64,000 nucleotides of DNA from an uncultured Caulobacterales bacterium (GTDB lineage Bacteria > Pseudomonadota > Alphaproteobacteria > Caulobacterales > Maricaulaceae). Under the pieces are notes generated by a model, which was not told the origin of the DNA, did no database searches, and saw nothing but the letters and a program-made list of their open reading frames with translations. How positions within the stretch are numbered: position 1 is the first letter of the stretch; every line of letters begins with the position of its first letter. Where the stretch lies: the NCBI GenBank assembly GCA_938003545.1, contig CALKXY010000022.1:3637-67636 (forward strand). Reading direction: 5' to 3'. The translations under genes were made by a program, and so were the position numbers. This document shows, piece by piece, positions 48,694-58,985 of the stretch.

Positions 48694-49911
48694 ATGACGT
48701 TTACTCAAAAGGCCCGTTTGGCCGCATCTACACTGGCGCTATCCTTCATGATGGCACCTGGTCTGGCTTTTGCTCAGGATGATTTTACCATTAAAGTCGG
48801 CGGACGTTTACATGTTGATTATGCATCGGCTGATGCCGACACGGCTGACTTTGACTTAAGTGCGACGGCTTTGCGTCGGGGGCGTATCAAAGGTTATGGC
48901 AACTTTGGGGATAACCTAAAATATAAAATTGAGTTTAACACAAACTCTTCAACGGATGTGAACCTCGAAGATGCCTATGTTCAATGGCAGCCCGATGGGA
49001 GCGTCTTTAGCTTTAAAGCTGGTCATTTTAAAACACAAAACTCCCTCGAAGAAGCGACGTCATCCCTAGACATTGCGATTATCGAACGCGCGGCTTTAAC
49101 GGATGCATTCCAACTGGACCGCCGCGTCGGTTTCGAAATCGCAACGAAGTCAGATAATTACCTTCTTCAACTCGGTGTCTTTGGTGAAAACCTCGAAGAA
49201 ATTCAAAGTAATGGGAATGAAGGTACGGCCTTTGCAGGCCGCGCGGTTTATAAATTTGACTTAGCTGATGATAATCTCGTTCATGTTGGCGGCTCTTTCC
49301 GTCACCGCAATCAAAATGACGCAAATGATCTCCGCTATCGTCAACGTCCCTTCGTAGAAAATACAGGCCGTATCATTTCAACAGGGCGTATCGCCGATAG
49401 CGATACGTTCTATGGCGGCGAACTTGCAGGATTATTCGGACAAGCTTGGGCTCAGGGTGAATATACAATCGTCAATGCAAATTGTGCGGAAGGTTCAACC
49501 GTTTGTACTGAAGATCCTAGCTTTTCAGCTTGGTCTATTGGAGCAGGGTATTTCTTTGGCGGTAAACGGAATTATTCAGTGGGTAAGTTCAAACGTCCAA
49601 CGATTGATAATCCGGTGACAAAAGGCGGTTGGGGCGCTGTGTCGATCAATGCGCGCTATGATACGCTTGATCTGACGGATTCAGGTATTGAAGGCGGCGA
49701 ATTGGATACATTTGCGGCGGGTGCAAATTGGTGGCTCCACAAAAATGTCAGGCTGCAATTCAACTACTTCAATTCTGACGCCACATTGTCCGGACCAAAT
49801 GTTGGGCCGAGCCTCGGACTAGAGACCGTTTTTGCGGACGCCGTGCTCGATCCAACATTTAATGATGATAATGTATCTGGTTTTATCACGCGCCTGCAGT
49901 TTGATTTTTAA
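48694..49911 (+). CDS. OprO/OprP-family phosphate-selective porin
   Basis: Signal peptide, LRRGRI, DAYVQW, GHFKTQNSLEE...ER, GANWWL, terminal QFDF; heads the pst operon. Confidence 0.88.
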   Translation: MTFTQKARLAASTLALSFMMAPGLAFAQDDFTIKVGGRLHVDYASADADTADFDLSATALRRGRIKGYGNFGDNLKYKIEFNTNSSTDVNLEDAYVQWQPDGSVFSFKAGHFKTQNSLEEATSSLDIAIIERAALTDAFQLDRRVGFEIATKSDNYLLQLGVFGENLEEIQSNGNEGTAFAGRAVYKFDLADDNLVHVGGSFRHRNQNDANDLRYRQRPFVENTGRIISTGRIADSDTFYGGELAGLFGQAWAQGEYTIVNANCAEGSTVCTEDPSFSAWSIGAGYFFGGKRNYSVGKFKRPTIDNPVTKGGWGAVSINARYDTLDLTDSGIEGGELDTFAAGANWWLHKNVRLQFNYFNSDATLSGPNVGPSLGLETVFADAVLDPTFNDDNVSGFITRLQFDF

Positions 49912-49934
49912 ACTGACGATCAAGGAACAGAACA

Positions 49935-51026
49935 ATGTTTAAGAAAATTATATTGAGTAGCGTTGTAGCCTTAGGCTTGGTGGCTTGTGGCAATGGCGGG
50001 AACGATACATCTGATGTGTCTGCGGCTAAGACAGACACGACTCCAGTCGCCACAGGGCGCGATCAAATCAAGATCGTTGGGTCTTCAACAGTTTATCCTT
50101 TTGCAACGACTGTTGCTGAGAATTTTGGACGTAGCACATCGTTTAAAACTCCAATCGTTGAATCAACAGGTTCAGGAGGTGGTTTAAAACTTTTCTGTTC
50201 AGGTTTGGGGGACAATTATCCTGATATTACCAATGCATCCCGTCGTATCAAATCCTCTGAAGTCGACCTTTGTGCCGAAAATGGCATCAACGATATTGTT
50301 GAAGTAAAGGTGGGGTATGATGGCATCGTTGTTGCTAATTCCCGTAAATCGGATCGTATGGAACTCACACTCCGCGAGCTCTATTTGGCGCTTGCCAAAG
50401 ATGTGCCTGACGGGAAGGGTGGTCTAAAACCCAATGATTACGTAAATTGGAGCGATATCAATCCTGCTCTGCGTGATACCAAAATTGAAATCATGGGCCC
50501 GCCTCCGACATCTGGAACACGTGACGCTTTTGTTGAACTTGCAATGGAAGGCGGTTGCCAGACATTTGATTGGATCAAAGCCCTCAAAAAAACAGATAAG
50601 AATACATATAAAGCCATCTGCCATGCGTTCCGCGAAGATGACGGTTTCATTGAAGCGGGTGAAAATGACAATTTAATTGTTCGCAAGCTCAACGCAAACC
50701 CAAATGCACTTGGTATTTTCGGCTTTGGCTTTTTGGATCAAAATGGCGATAGTGTGCAGGGGAGTGCTGTTGACGGAACGCTGCCAACTTTTGAGAATAT
50801 TTCAGATGGATCTTATCCTGTTTCCCGCTCTTTATATTTCTACGTGAAAAAAGATGTCGTTGGAACGGTTCCAGGTATCACTGAATATCTCACAGAATTC
50901 ACCAGTGTGCGTGCGAGCGGGGAAGATGGATATCTTTCTGAAAAAGGCTTGATTCCGATGAATGCCGCTGAGCATGCGCAGTGGCAATCGCAGGTTCTGG
51001 CGCTTGAGACATTAAGCCTCAACTAG
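49935..51026 (+). CDS. pstS: Phosphate ABC transporter substrate-binding lipoprotein
   Basis: Lipobox LVAC, VGSSTVYPF, STGSGGG, GPPPTSGTRDAF, YPVSRSLYFY. Confidence 0.93.
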   Translation: MFKKIILSSVVALGLVACGNGGNDTSDVSAAKTDTTPVATGRDQIKIVGSSTVYPFATTVAENFGRSTSFKTPIVESTGSGGGLKLFCSGLGDNYPDITNASRRIKSSEVDLCAENGINDIVEVKVGYDGIVVANSRKSDRMELTLRELYLALAKDVPDGKGGLKPNDYVNWSDINPALRDTKIEIMGPPPTSGTRDAFVELAMEGGCQTFDWIKALKKTDKNTYKAICHAFREDDGFIEAGENDNLIVRKLNANPNALGIFGFGFLDQNGDSVQGSAVDGTLPTFENISDGSYPVSRSLYFYVKKDVVGTVPGITEYLTEFTSVRASGEDGYLSEKGLIPMNAAEHAQWQSQVLALETLSLN

Positions 51027-51982
51027 TGCCTATCTCTAGAGACTTCACATTACGGCGCTCGAACCGCCGTAATCAAATCAAGGAACATGCGATCCAAGGT
51101 GTTTTGATCGCATGTTCCTTTGTGGCTATTTTTACGACAATTGGCATTGTGGCGTCATTGGCGTTTGAGGCGTATCGTTTCTTTGGACGTATTCCTCTTG
51201 CGGATTTCTTATTCGGCCTAGAGTGGAGCCCGCAAACCGCCATGCGTGCAGACCAAGTGGGTGCCAGTGGTAAATTCGGTGTTTTGCCGCTTTTGTCAGG
51301 TACGCTGCTGATTAGCTTTATTGCGATGTGTGTCGCAACGCCGCTCGGGCTGTTATCGGCTGTCTATTTGGCAGAATTTGCCCGTCCAAAAACACGAGAC
51401 ATTATCAAACCGATGCTGGAACTTTTGGCAGGCATCCCAACTGTGGTTTATGGCTTCTTCGCTGCCCTTGTTGTCGCGCCGATTATTCGCGGTATGGGGT
51501 CCGGCGTCGGGTTTCAAATCTCCTCTGAGAGCGCGCTCGCAGCGGGCCTTGTGATGGGTATCATGCTCGTGCCGTTTATCTCTTCTTTATCTGACGACGT
51601 CATCAATGCCGTACCGCAAGCTCTCCGGGATGCTTCTTACGGTATGGGCGCGACGGAAACAGAGACGATCACAAAAGTGGTCTTACCTGCTGCGACGCCA
51701 GGTATCATCGGTAGCCTTCTCTTGGCAATTTCCCGCGCCATTGGTGAGACTATGATTGTTGTCATGGCAGCGGGCCTCGCCGCAAATTTGACAGCGAATC
51801 CCTTTGAAGCTGTCACGACTATGACAGTACAAATTGTAACGCTGCTGACGGGAGATCAGGAATTCGATAGCGCCAAAACGCTTGCAGCTTTTGCGATCGC
51901 GCTGTTCCTTCTGGTCTTAACCTTAGGGTTAAACATTGTGGCTCTAAAAATCGTTGATTCATATAAGCGAAAATATGCCTGA
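51026..51982 (+). CDS. pstC: Phosphate ABC transporter permease
   Basis: KPMLELLAGIPTVVYGFF and SRAIGETMIVVMAAG; GTG start overlapping the pstS stop. Confidence 0.92.
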   Translation: MPISRDFTLRRSNRRNQIKEHAIQGVLIACSFVAIFTTIGIVASLAFEAYRFFGRIPLADFLFGLEWSPQTAMRADQVGASGKFGVLPLLSGTLLISFIAMCVATPLGLLSAVYLAEFARPKTRDIIKPMLELLAGIPTVVYGFFAALVVAPIIRGMGSGVGFQISSESALAAGLVMGIMLVPFISSLSDDVINAVPQALRDASYGMGATETETITKVVLPAATPGIIGSLLLAISRAIGETMIVVMAAGLAANLTANPFEAVTTMTVQIVTLLTGDQEFDSAKTLAAFAIALFLLVLTLGLNIVALKIVDSYKRKYA

Positions 51983-53252
51983 TTATTTGCTCACAACCTC
52001 GCCCCAGATGGCTAAACGCCATGCGCAGCACAGCCGCTTCCAGTGGTATGGCCGAATTGCAATTGGGATTTCGATTTCTTTTATGCTGCTTATGTTCGCT
52101 GCGATTTTCTCGCGCGGCATTGGGGCATTTCAGAAAACGATGATTGCTGTGGATGTAGAGTTCACTGAATCTGTTATTGACCCTAAAGGCACACGGCTGG
52201 AAATGGACTTGAAACAGGGTAATTATAAACCCTTGTTACTGGCCGGCCTCCAAGACGTTGTTCCGGGCGTCACAGAGCGGCGAGAGAGAAACAGTCTCTA
52301 TAAACTTGTCAGTGGCGGAGCGTCTTTTGATCTCGGTGAGCGCGTGGCGGCAAAGCCCTCCATGATCGGAACGACGCAACGGGTTTGGGTCGCGGCCTCT
52401 TCTGAGGTTGATCTTTACGTAAAAGGCAAAATAGATGCGCAGTCATCCGAAGATCTGCGTCGGTTGAAAGATCAAGAGATTGCTTGGATTCAGATGTTGC
52501 AAGATGAAGGCCGCATCAAAAAGAAATTCAATCGCGTCTTCTTCACAAGCGGCGATTCACGTGCGCCTGAAATGGCAGGTATTCTAAGCGCCGCCTTAGG
52601 GTCATTCTTTAGTCTCTTGGTTTGTTTCCTGATTGCATTTCCGCTCGGGATTTTGACAGCTGTCTATCTTGAGGAATATGCGAAGAAGAACCGTTTAACT
52701 AATCTAATCGAAGTGAACATTAATAACCTTGCCGCCGTGCCGTCTATCGTGTTTGGGTTATTGGGGCTTGCGGTCTTCCTGAACTTCTTCAACTTACCCC
52801 GCTCAACGCCCCTTGTTGGGGGCATGGTGTTAGCGTTGATGACGCTCCCGACGATCATTATTGCATCCCGCTCTATATTGCGTTCAATTCCGCAAAGTAC
52901 GCGAGACGCGGCTATGGGCTTGGGCGCGAGTAAGACGCAGACAACATTTCATCATGTGGTGCCGCTCGCGATGCCAGGCATGTTGACGGGTACAATTTTG
53001 GGCATGGCGCGTGCGCTTGGGGAGACAGCACCTCTTCTGATGATTGGGATGGTCGCCTTTATTGTAGATGTACCCAAAGGCGTCACAGATGTTGCGACCT
53101 CTTTGCCTGTGCAAATTTTCCTCTGGGCAGATAGTCCTGAAAAAGGATTTGTAGAGCTGACATCAGCCGCAATTATTGTATTGTTGTTCTTCTTGGTTTT
53201 GATGAATTTATTCGCTGTATATCTGCGAAAGCGGCTGGAGCGGCGTTGGTAA
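51975..53252 (+). CDS. pstA: Phosphate ABC transporter permease
   Basis: [20 protein letters not shown] and [11 protein letters not shown]; start placed at ATG 51975. Confidence 0.92.
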   Translation: MPDYLLTTSPQMAKRHAQHSRFQWYGRIAIGISISFMLLMFAAIFSRGIGAFQKTMIAVDVEFTESVIDPKGTRLEMDLKQGNYKPLLLAGLQDVVPGVTERRERNSLYKLVSGGASFDLGERVAAKPSMIGTTQRVWVAASSEVDLYVKGKIDAQSSEDLRRLKDQEIAWIQMLQDEGRIKKKFNRVFFTSGDSRAPEMAGILSAALGSFFSLLVCFLIAFPLGILTAVYLEEYAKKNRLTNLIEVNINNLAAVPSIVFGLLGLAVFLNFFNLPRSTPLVGGMVLALMTLPTIIIASRSILRSIPQSTRDAAMGLGASKTQTTFHHVVPLAMPGMLTGTILGMARALGETAPLLMIGMVAFIVDVPKGVTDVATSLPVQIFLWADSPEKGFVELTSAAIIVLLFFLVLMNLFAVYLRKRLERRW

Positions 53253-54052
53253 TGGAACAGACAATGAATACAGACCTATCTAAGGCAGAGGCCGCTTCGC
53301 CCATCATGACGGCGCGTAATGTCGATGTGTTTTATGGAAAAAAACAAGCGATTGATAATGTCAGCTTGGATATTCCCGAAAATCAGATCACGGCTCTGAT
53401 TGGTCCATCTGGCTGCGGAAAATCAACATTCTTACGCTGTTTCAACCGTATGAATGACACGATTGAGATTTGTAAAGTCACGGGTGATATTCAATTCGCG
53501 GGCCAAAATATTTATGACCCAAAAGTTGATGTTGTGGCCCTGCGTTCGCGTATCGGTATGGTCTTTCAAAAGGCGAACCCGTTTCCAAAGTCCATTTTCG
53601 ATAATGTCGCCTATGGTCCGCGTATTCACGGCTTGTCAGAGTCAAAGGCGCATCTAGAAGATATTGTCATTACATCGCTAAAGCGTGCAGGTCTGTATGA
53701 TGAAGTCTCTGATCGCTTAGACGAGCCTGGTACGAGCCTCTCTGGTGGTCAACAACAGCGCCTATGTATTGCACGCGCGATTGCAGTAGATCCGCAAATT
53801 ATCCTTATGGATGAGCCGTGTTCGGCGCTTGATCCAATTGCGACGGCAATTATTGAAAACTTGATGGATTCAATGAAAGAAAAATACACGATCGTGATCG
53901 TGACGCATTCTATGCAACAGGCCGCGCGCGTTTCGCAAAAAACGGCTTTCTTCCATCTGGGAGAATTGGTCGAAAGCGGTGATACGGAAACAATTTTCAC
54001 GAATCCTGCGAAAGAACGTACCCAAAATTATATCTCTGGACGGATCGGGTAA
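53252..54052 (+). CDS. pstB: Phosphate ABC transporter ATPase
   Basis: [42 protein letters not shown]; TAATG overlap with pstA. Confidence 0.95.
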   Translation: MEQTMNTDLSKAEAASPIMTARNVDVFYGKKQAIDNVSLDIPENQITALIGPSGCGKSTFLRCFNRMNDTIEICKVTGDIQFAGQNIYDPKVDVVALRSRIGMVFQKANPFPKSIFDNVAYGPRIHGLSESKAHLEDIVITSLKRAGLYDEVSDRLDEPGTSLSGGQQQRLCIARAIAVDPQIILMDEPCSALDPIATAIIENLMDSMKEKYTIVIVTHSMQQAARVSQKTAFFHLGELVESGDTETIFTNPAKERTQNYISGRIG

Positions 54053-54056
54053 TCCT

Positions 54057-54773
54057 ATGAGTGACGACCACATTGTTTCCTCCTTTGATGAGGATATGAC
54101 GCGGCTGGAGGCGATGTTTCTCGAAATGGGAGACATTGTGGCCGAGCAATTAAAGGCAGCCACGCGGGCGTTACGCAAAGAGGACCGTGTGTTGGCGAAG
54201 CAAGTTGTCAAAGGGGATAAGCAGCTTAACGTCTTAGAAGCTGACTTGAACGATCTTGCGATTAAAATTCTGGCACTCCGCCAGCCTTTTGCTACGGATT
54301 TGCGGAAGGTTGTGATCACGCTAAAAAGTGCGGGTCATCTAGAACGTATCGGCGATTTGACCCGAAACATGGCGCAGCGCACGAACACAATTACCAAGGC
54401 TGAAGCGGACACAGGGCCCATCGACACGTTGATCCGTATGAGCGAAATGGTCCAAGACATGATTAAATCAATCATGACGGCATATAAGACGCGCGACACG
54501 GAGCTCGCGATCCAAATTAGGGCACAAGACGAGACTGTCGATATGTCTCACAATGCCTTATTCCGGGAAATGCTAACTTATATGATGGAAGATTTGCGTA
54601 ATATTTCGGGCTGTATGCATGTGATGTTTATGGCGAAAAACATTGAACGCATGGGCGATAATGTTGCCGATATTGCCAAAGAACTTATCTATATGAATAC
54701 GGGCGATTGGCCAGAAGGCAAACGTGTCAAAAGTGACAGAACGAGTAAAATGATTATGGAGCCTGAAGACTAG
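54057..54773 (+). CDS. phoU: Phosphate signalling protein PhoU
   Basis: HIVSSFDED, LRQPFATDLR, LERIGD, KNIERMGD. Confidence 0.93.
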   Translation: MSDDHIVSSFDEDMTRLEAMFLEMGDIVAEQLKAATRALRKEDRVLAKQVVKGDKQLNVLEADLNDLAIKILALRQPFATDLRKVVITLKSAGHLERIGDLTRNMAQRTNTITKAEADTGPIDTLIRMSEMVQDMIKSIMTAYKTRDTELAIQIRAQDETVDMSHNALFREMLTYMMEDLRNISGCMHVMFMAKNIERMGDNVADIAKELIYMNTGDWPEGKRVKSDRTSKMIMEPED

Positions 54774-54924
54774 TTTAAAGTCCTATAGTCTCTCTGTTCA
54801 AATCTTTGAAACTGCGATGTAATATATAGCTAAATGTAAAGAAAGCTAAGGCGGGCCTTCCTTAAATTTAATCTCGACGTACTCTGTTCTTCGCGCGGCT
54901 CACCTTGCCGCTGATCCATGTAGT

Positions 54925-56076
54925 TTAAACAACCCTCTCCAGTTGATCTAATAAACGGCGTGTTTCGTCGATTGGATTGCGTGCATCATAGTCTGAAATA
55001 CCTGCGTTCAGGGGAATATCGCCGCTTAGGTGCTGAAACGCTATTTCATTCGGAATAGTGAGATTTTGCCGCCAAGGTCCATTGCCTTCTACAAGGATTG
55101 GACGTTTGGAGAGGACGTATTCAGACAGCTTACCAGGTGTCGCGGAGGCGTTGGGGCTTGTGACGAGTAATAGTGCCTCAGCCTCGTGTAAAAGACTGAG
55201 GGCCGTTTCTCTTGCAAGAACACCCAACCAATGCACATGAGGGTGAGTTGAAATCGCATTATGTTCTTCTGAGGATAGACGTCCGGCTAAGCAGAGGTGA
55301 AGATGGGGTGATTGTTGCCGAGCTATAGCAAATTTTTCTAAGGTGGGCGCGATCTGCCGATCTGGGTCGGATAAGCTAAAGCTACCCAAATGCAGGATAC
55401 GTCGGGCGTTGGACGGCAAGTCGTGCCATACGTTAATATGATCATATTCTTTCGGGAGTGGGAGCGGGAGTGCAAGTTGCGGATAAAGATAACGTGGCGT
55501 TGTTGGCGATAGAGATTTCAGCTCATCGAGAATGATTTGTGTTGGTGCGCAGGCCAAATTCATTTGTTTCAACCATTTCTTTGCAAAATGAGTTTCTCCA
55601 ATTCGCCGCCAATGGGTTTGTCTCTCTATTCGAAGGGGGTTGACCAACCAATTGTCTCGAAAGTCACCGATCCATTTTATGTGTAATCGTTCCGAAATTA
55701 TCGCGCCTATGTGGTGAATGGATTCAGGCGGCGACGTTGTTATGACAAGATCAGGTGCAAAGCTGGTTATGGCTGCCATAGACTGTTCTACGACTTGATT
55801 AGCCCAACGACGATCGGGGTCTGGCCAGAGTAAGAGGTTCCGTAACATTGGCCTCCAGAACGAGTCTTTGCTTGCAGGCCTATCGTGAATTGCAACTGCG
55901 TCACGTAGTTCTGCGGGATGTGTGACGGCATATCCAGTTTCATCTTCAGGCAAGCTGGGCGCAATCACAAATGTTTGGTGGCCCAGTTCGCGTAAGCACG
56001 AGGCCAGCACGTAGGGTCGTCGTGCCCCACCTGAAATTGAGGGCGGAAAATGACGTGCAACGACGATAATTCTCAT
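54925..56076 (-). CDS. GT4-like glycosyltransferase
   Basis: ARHFPPSISGGARR, TTSPPESIH, WIGDFRDNW, PGKLSEYVLSKRPIL. Confidence 0.82.
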   Translation of the reverse strand: MRIIVVARHFPPSISGGARRPYVLASCLRELGHQTFVIAPSLPEDETGYAVTHPAELRDAVAIHDRPASKDSFWRPMLRNLLLWPDPDRRWANQVVEQSMAAITSFAPDLVITTSPPESIHHIGAIISERLHIKWIGDFRDNWLVNPLRIERQTHWRRIGETHFAKKWLKQMNLACAPTQIILDELKSLSPTTPRYLYPQLALPLPLPKEYDHINVWHDLPSNARRILHLGSFSLSDPDRQIAPTLEKFAIARQQSPHLHLCLAGRLSSEEHNAISTHPHVHWLGVLARETALSLLHEAEALLLVTSPNASATPGKLSEYVLSKRPILVEGNGPWRQNLTIPNEIAFQHLSGDIPLNAGISDYDARNPIDETRRLLDQLERVV

Positions 56077-57773
56077 GCGGAGGTCTTATTAAAAAGTTCA
56101 AACCAAGGTTTGATTGCCTGATCCGCTGTTCGATGTTTATCGCTCCATGTTTTTGCATTGACCGCTTTTTGGTGGGTATGAGTTGCGGCATTTTCTAACA
56201 TATCTTTTAATGTGCTTTGCCAGGCAATAATGATGTCAGGTTTATCCCAATCACCTGGTGTTGGTGCGGGCGCAAGCGTAGCGCGGTCTAGAACATCACC
56301 TGCAAGCTCTCTATGCGGGGCAAGATCAGACAAGAGGACAGGCGTTCCGAGCCGCATAGCTTCAACGGGCTTAAGGGCAGGGACGAGTTGAAAGACAGGG
56401 CTGTTTTGCCGAGGATATACCATAACGTCCGTTGCTGTGATCCGTTTCATTACCTCTTGGCGAGAGAGACGACCTAAAAATGTGACCCGCTTATTTAGAC
56501 CTAAGTTGTCTACCCGTCGCCGTAATTTATCAGCATGCGTACCTGTGCCTGCAATCCAGAGATGGAGCGGGCGACCTGCTAAAGTGGGTGTTTTTGAAAG
56601 GAGTGTAAGCAGGACGTCCAATCCTTCATAAGATGTGAGTGATCCAGCATGGCCGAGTGACCAGATTGTTTTGTCTTTTGGTATCCGAGGCTCTGCAATT
56701 GACGTGGTTTCACTCATATTTGGAACGACTGAAATGCGGGCAGGGTCTACGCCTTTTTGAATGGCGAGGTCGCGTAAAGGGGTGGAAATGACGATGACGG
56801 CATCTGCCGCGCGCATAATCGCCCATTCCAATTGCATTTGTTGGGTATAAGCGGGCTGATTTCCATAGGCAGGCTCTACTGCAGCACGTGTCATTGGCCA
56901 TAAACCGCGCACATCATAAATGTAATCTAAGCCTAAATCGCGCGCGGCACGTAGCCCGCAAAGGCCTGCCATCCAATTTGACCCCGCGGCTAGAGACTTT
57001 ACTCCAGTTGCCTCGGCTTTCACCTTGAGTTCTGATACAGCCATATCCAGCATGTCTAATAACCCAGCGTCTGGGCCGAGAGTAGCGGTTATGTTACGTG
57101 GATCCACAGTGGGGAGATTAAATGCCATATGGATGAGTTTAACCTTGAGTCCGATGCGGCGTAAGCTCGAAATAATTGTTTGCGTTCTTACACCATATCC
57201 AGATGGTGTTTCCTTATAAGGCATCCCAGAGACGTAGAGTAGCGGGGTCTTAAAATGAAAATCTTTAGATTGGGATTTAAGGTTTTTAGCCGAGGCAAGT
57301 GCGGCAGTGAGATCAGTCTTTCTCTTTTTTATAACCTTATTCATTTCGGATTTTGACAAATTACCTATTGTGAGAGGGTCGTAGGGCAGCCCAATATCCC
57401 AGGGCGCGCAATGGCGTTGTGTGCGGCGCCTAGACATATGTTCTAGGCCAATTGGGATAAGTCTTGGGCCAAACATGAGTCTCGCAAAGGCCGATTGACG
57501 CCCTTCGTCTATTACAGTTCCTATTTGATCTCGGATGGAGGCTTGCTCATGCAAAGGCGGTGTGAGAGCGTTTGCTGGAATAGGCGTTTCGGTCAGGCGA
57601 CGCGCGTAGCCACCCCACAAAAGCATAAGACGTTCCAACCCAGTGCTGTCTTGCCAGCTATCCAGAAAGCGCGAGCCGTAAACGCGGCGGCGGGCGGCAG
57701 TCAAAGGCTCTGATGGAGTCTGTGAGTCATTGGGCCGTGCAGGGTTATGAATTTGACCACCTGCGTTGGGCAT
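56073..57773 (-). CDS. GT4 glycosyltransferase with N-terminal extension
   Basis: SGYGVRTQ, YDVRGLW, GHAGSLTSYEGLD, LKPVEAMRLGTPVLLSD. Confidence 0.82.
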   Translation of the reverse strand: MPNAGGQIHNPARPNDSQTPSEPLTAARRRVYGSRFLDSWQDSTGLERLMLLWGGYARRLTETPIPANALTPPLHEQASIRDQIGTVIDEGRQSAFARLMFGPRLIPIGLEHMSRRRTQRHCAPWDIGLPYDPLTIGNLSKSEMNKVIKKRKTDLTAALASAKNLKSQSKDFHFKTPLLYVSGMPYKETPSGYGVRTQTIISSLRRIGLKVKLIHMAFNLPTVDPRNITATLGPDAGLLDMLDMAVSELKVKAEATGVKSLAAGSNWMAGLCGLRAARDLGLDYIYDVRGLWPMTRAAVEPAYGNQPAYTQQMQLEWAIMRAADAVIVISTPLRDLAIQKGVDPARISVVPNMSETTSIAEPRIPKDKTIWSLGHAGSLTSYEGLDVLLTLLSKTPTLAGRPLHLWIAGTGTHADKLRRRVDNLGLNKRVTFLGRLSRQEVMKRITATDVMVYPRQNSPVFQLVPALKPVEAMRLGTPVLLSDLAPHRELAGDVLDRATLAPAPTPGDWDKPDIIIAWQSTLKDMLENAATHTHQKAVNAKTWSDKHRTADQAIKPWFELFNKTSA

Positions 57774-57965
57774 GAATGTAGGTCCTAACCCATAGTGTGT
57801 TTGTAACTTCGTTAACTTAACAGTTTTATCCGCATAAACCTAAACTAAAAACCTGCCCAAATTCCTGATTCTTCAGTAAAAAACATATTTTTATAAAACT
57901 GTGTCCTCGGCTTCTGAGTGACCTTGATGGTTACAGTTTAGGTTAAACGTCAGGATTTCAAGCAT

Positions 57966-58961
57966 ATGGATACCACATCAAATTTAAACTTACCTGTTCT
58001 CGCGCCGGCCCAGGCTTTGAAACATATTACGCATAATGAGGCGATCAGAGGGTTAGACCGTTTAGTCCACCTTCAAGTCGCTGGTATTTTATCTGTGCCT
58101 CCTAGTGGTTGGCGTGATGGCGATATTGAAGCAGAAACGCGCTTCATCATAGGTAAGAATGCCCAGAATGAATGGGTTGGACATGAGGGTGACATAGTCG
58201 TTTTGGAAGAAGACAAATGGGTGTTCCTTACACCCCAAACTGGTTGGTTGTGTTGGAACACGCAAGACTCATCGCTGCGGGTCAGAGAGGCAAATGCATG
58301 GAAGTTTGTGCCAAGCAGCCTGTCTAATCGACTAGGCGTTAATACGCCCCCAAACCCCGCGCACCGCTTGTCCGTTAAGGCTGACTCGAGTCTGTTTGAC
58401 GCTGAAAATGGGAGTCATCGCCTTGTCGTAAACCGTTCTCACTCGACAGATGTTGCCAGTGTTGTTTTTCAGGATCAATATTCAGGCCGCGCTGAATTTG
58501 GTTTGGCTGGTGCAGATGGGTTTTCTTTAAGGGTTTCTGATGATGGGACTACCTTCCAGAAGGCGTTGGGTGTGGATCACGCCAGCGGAGATGTGTCGAT
58601 TTCGCAAGATTTATTGGTCGCAGGCCGTATCCGCCAAGAGGGAAACATGGTGCTCGATACGTCGAACACGCCGGCGCCTCTGGTTGACCGAGGTGTTCTA
58701 ACTCAGGGTCTAAATTTGGATGAATATAAAACGTCAGGTTATTGGGCACAGACGAAATTAAACGGAGCGGATCAAGATCTGAATTACCCGGTTGAGGCGA
58801 GGGGGCTTTTGATTGTCTTTCGCGCCTGGGTTATGGTCTTTCAGACCTATCATGTGATCGCGCATGCTTCGGATGGTGAGAGCGCCAACATTTACACGCG
58901 CGCGCTTTTTGGGACGAGCTGGACCCCTTGGAGACGTATGGACTTCACCGCGCTGTCCTAA
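57966..58961 (+). CDS. DUF2793 protein with C-terminal pyocin-knob-like fibre tip (GTA/phage tail-fibre-like)
   Basis: N-terminus TTSNLNLPVLAPAQALKHITHNEAIRGLD...W.GHEG.I...W.FLTPQTGW; middle SGRAEFGLAG.DGFSLRVS.DG; tip LNLDEYKTSGYW...NYP...GLLIV...FQTY...IYTR...WTPWR. Confidence 0.8.
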   Translation: MDTTSNLNLPVLAPAQALKHITHNEAIRGLDRLVHLQVAGILSVPPSGWRDGDIEAETRFIIGKNAQNEWVGHEGDIVVLEEDKWVFLTPQTGWLCWNTQDSSLRVREANAWKFVPSSLSNRLGVNTPPNPAHRLSVKADSSLFDAENGSHRLVVNRSHSTDVASVVFQDQYSGRAEFGLAGADGFSLRVSDDGTTFQKALGVDHASGDVSISQDLLVAGRIRQEGNMVLDTSNTPAPLVDRGVLTQGLNLDEYKTSGYWAQTKLNGADQDLNYPVEARGLLIVFRAWVMVFQTYHVIAHASDGESANIYTRALFGTSWTPWRRMDFTALS

Positions 58962-58985
58962 AATTACGCTCTTGAAGGCGGGGTT

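Noticed and set aside
57800-57950. Full CtrA box upstream of the DUF2793 gene
   Set aside because: Only TTAAC half-sites; spacing does not give N7.
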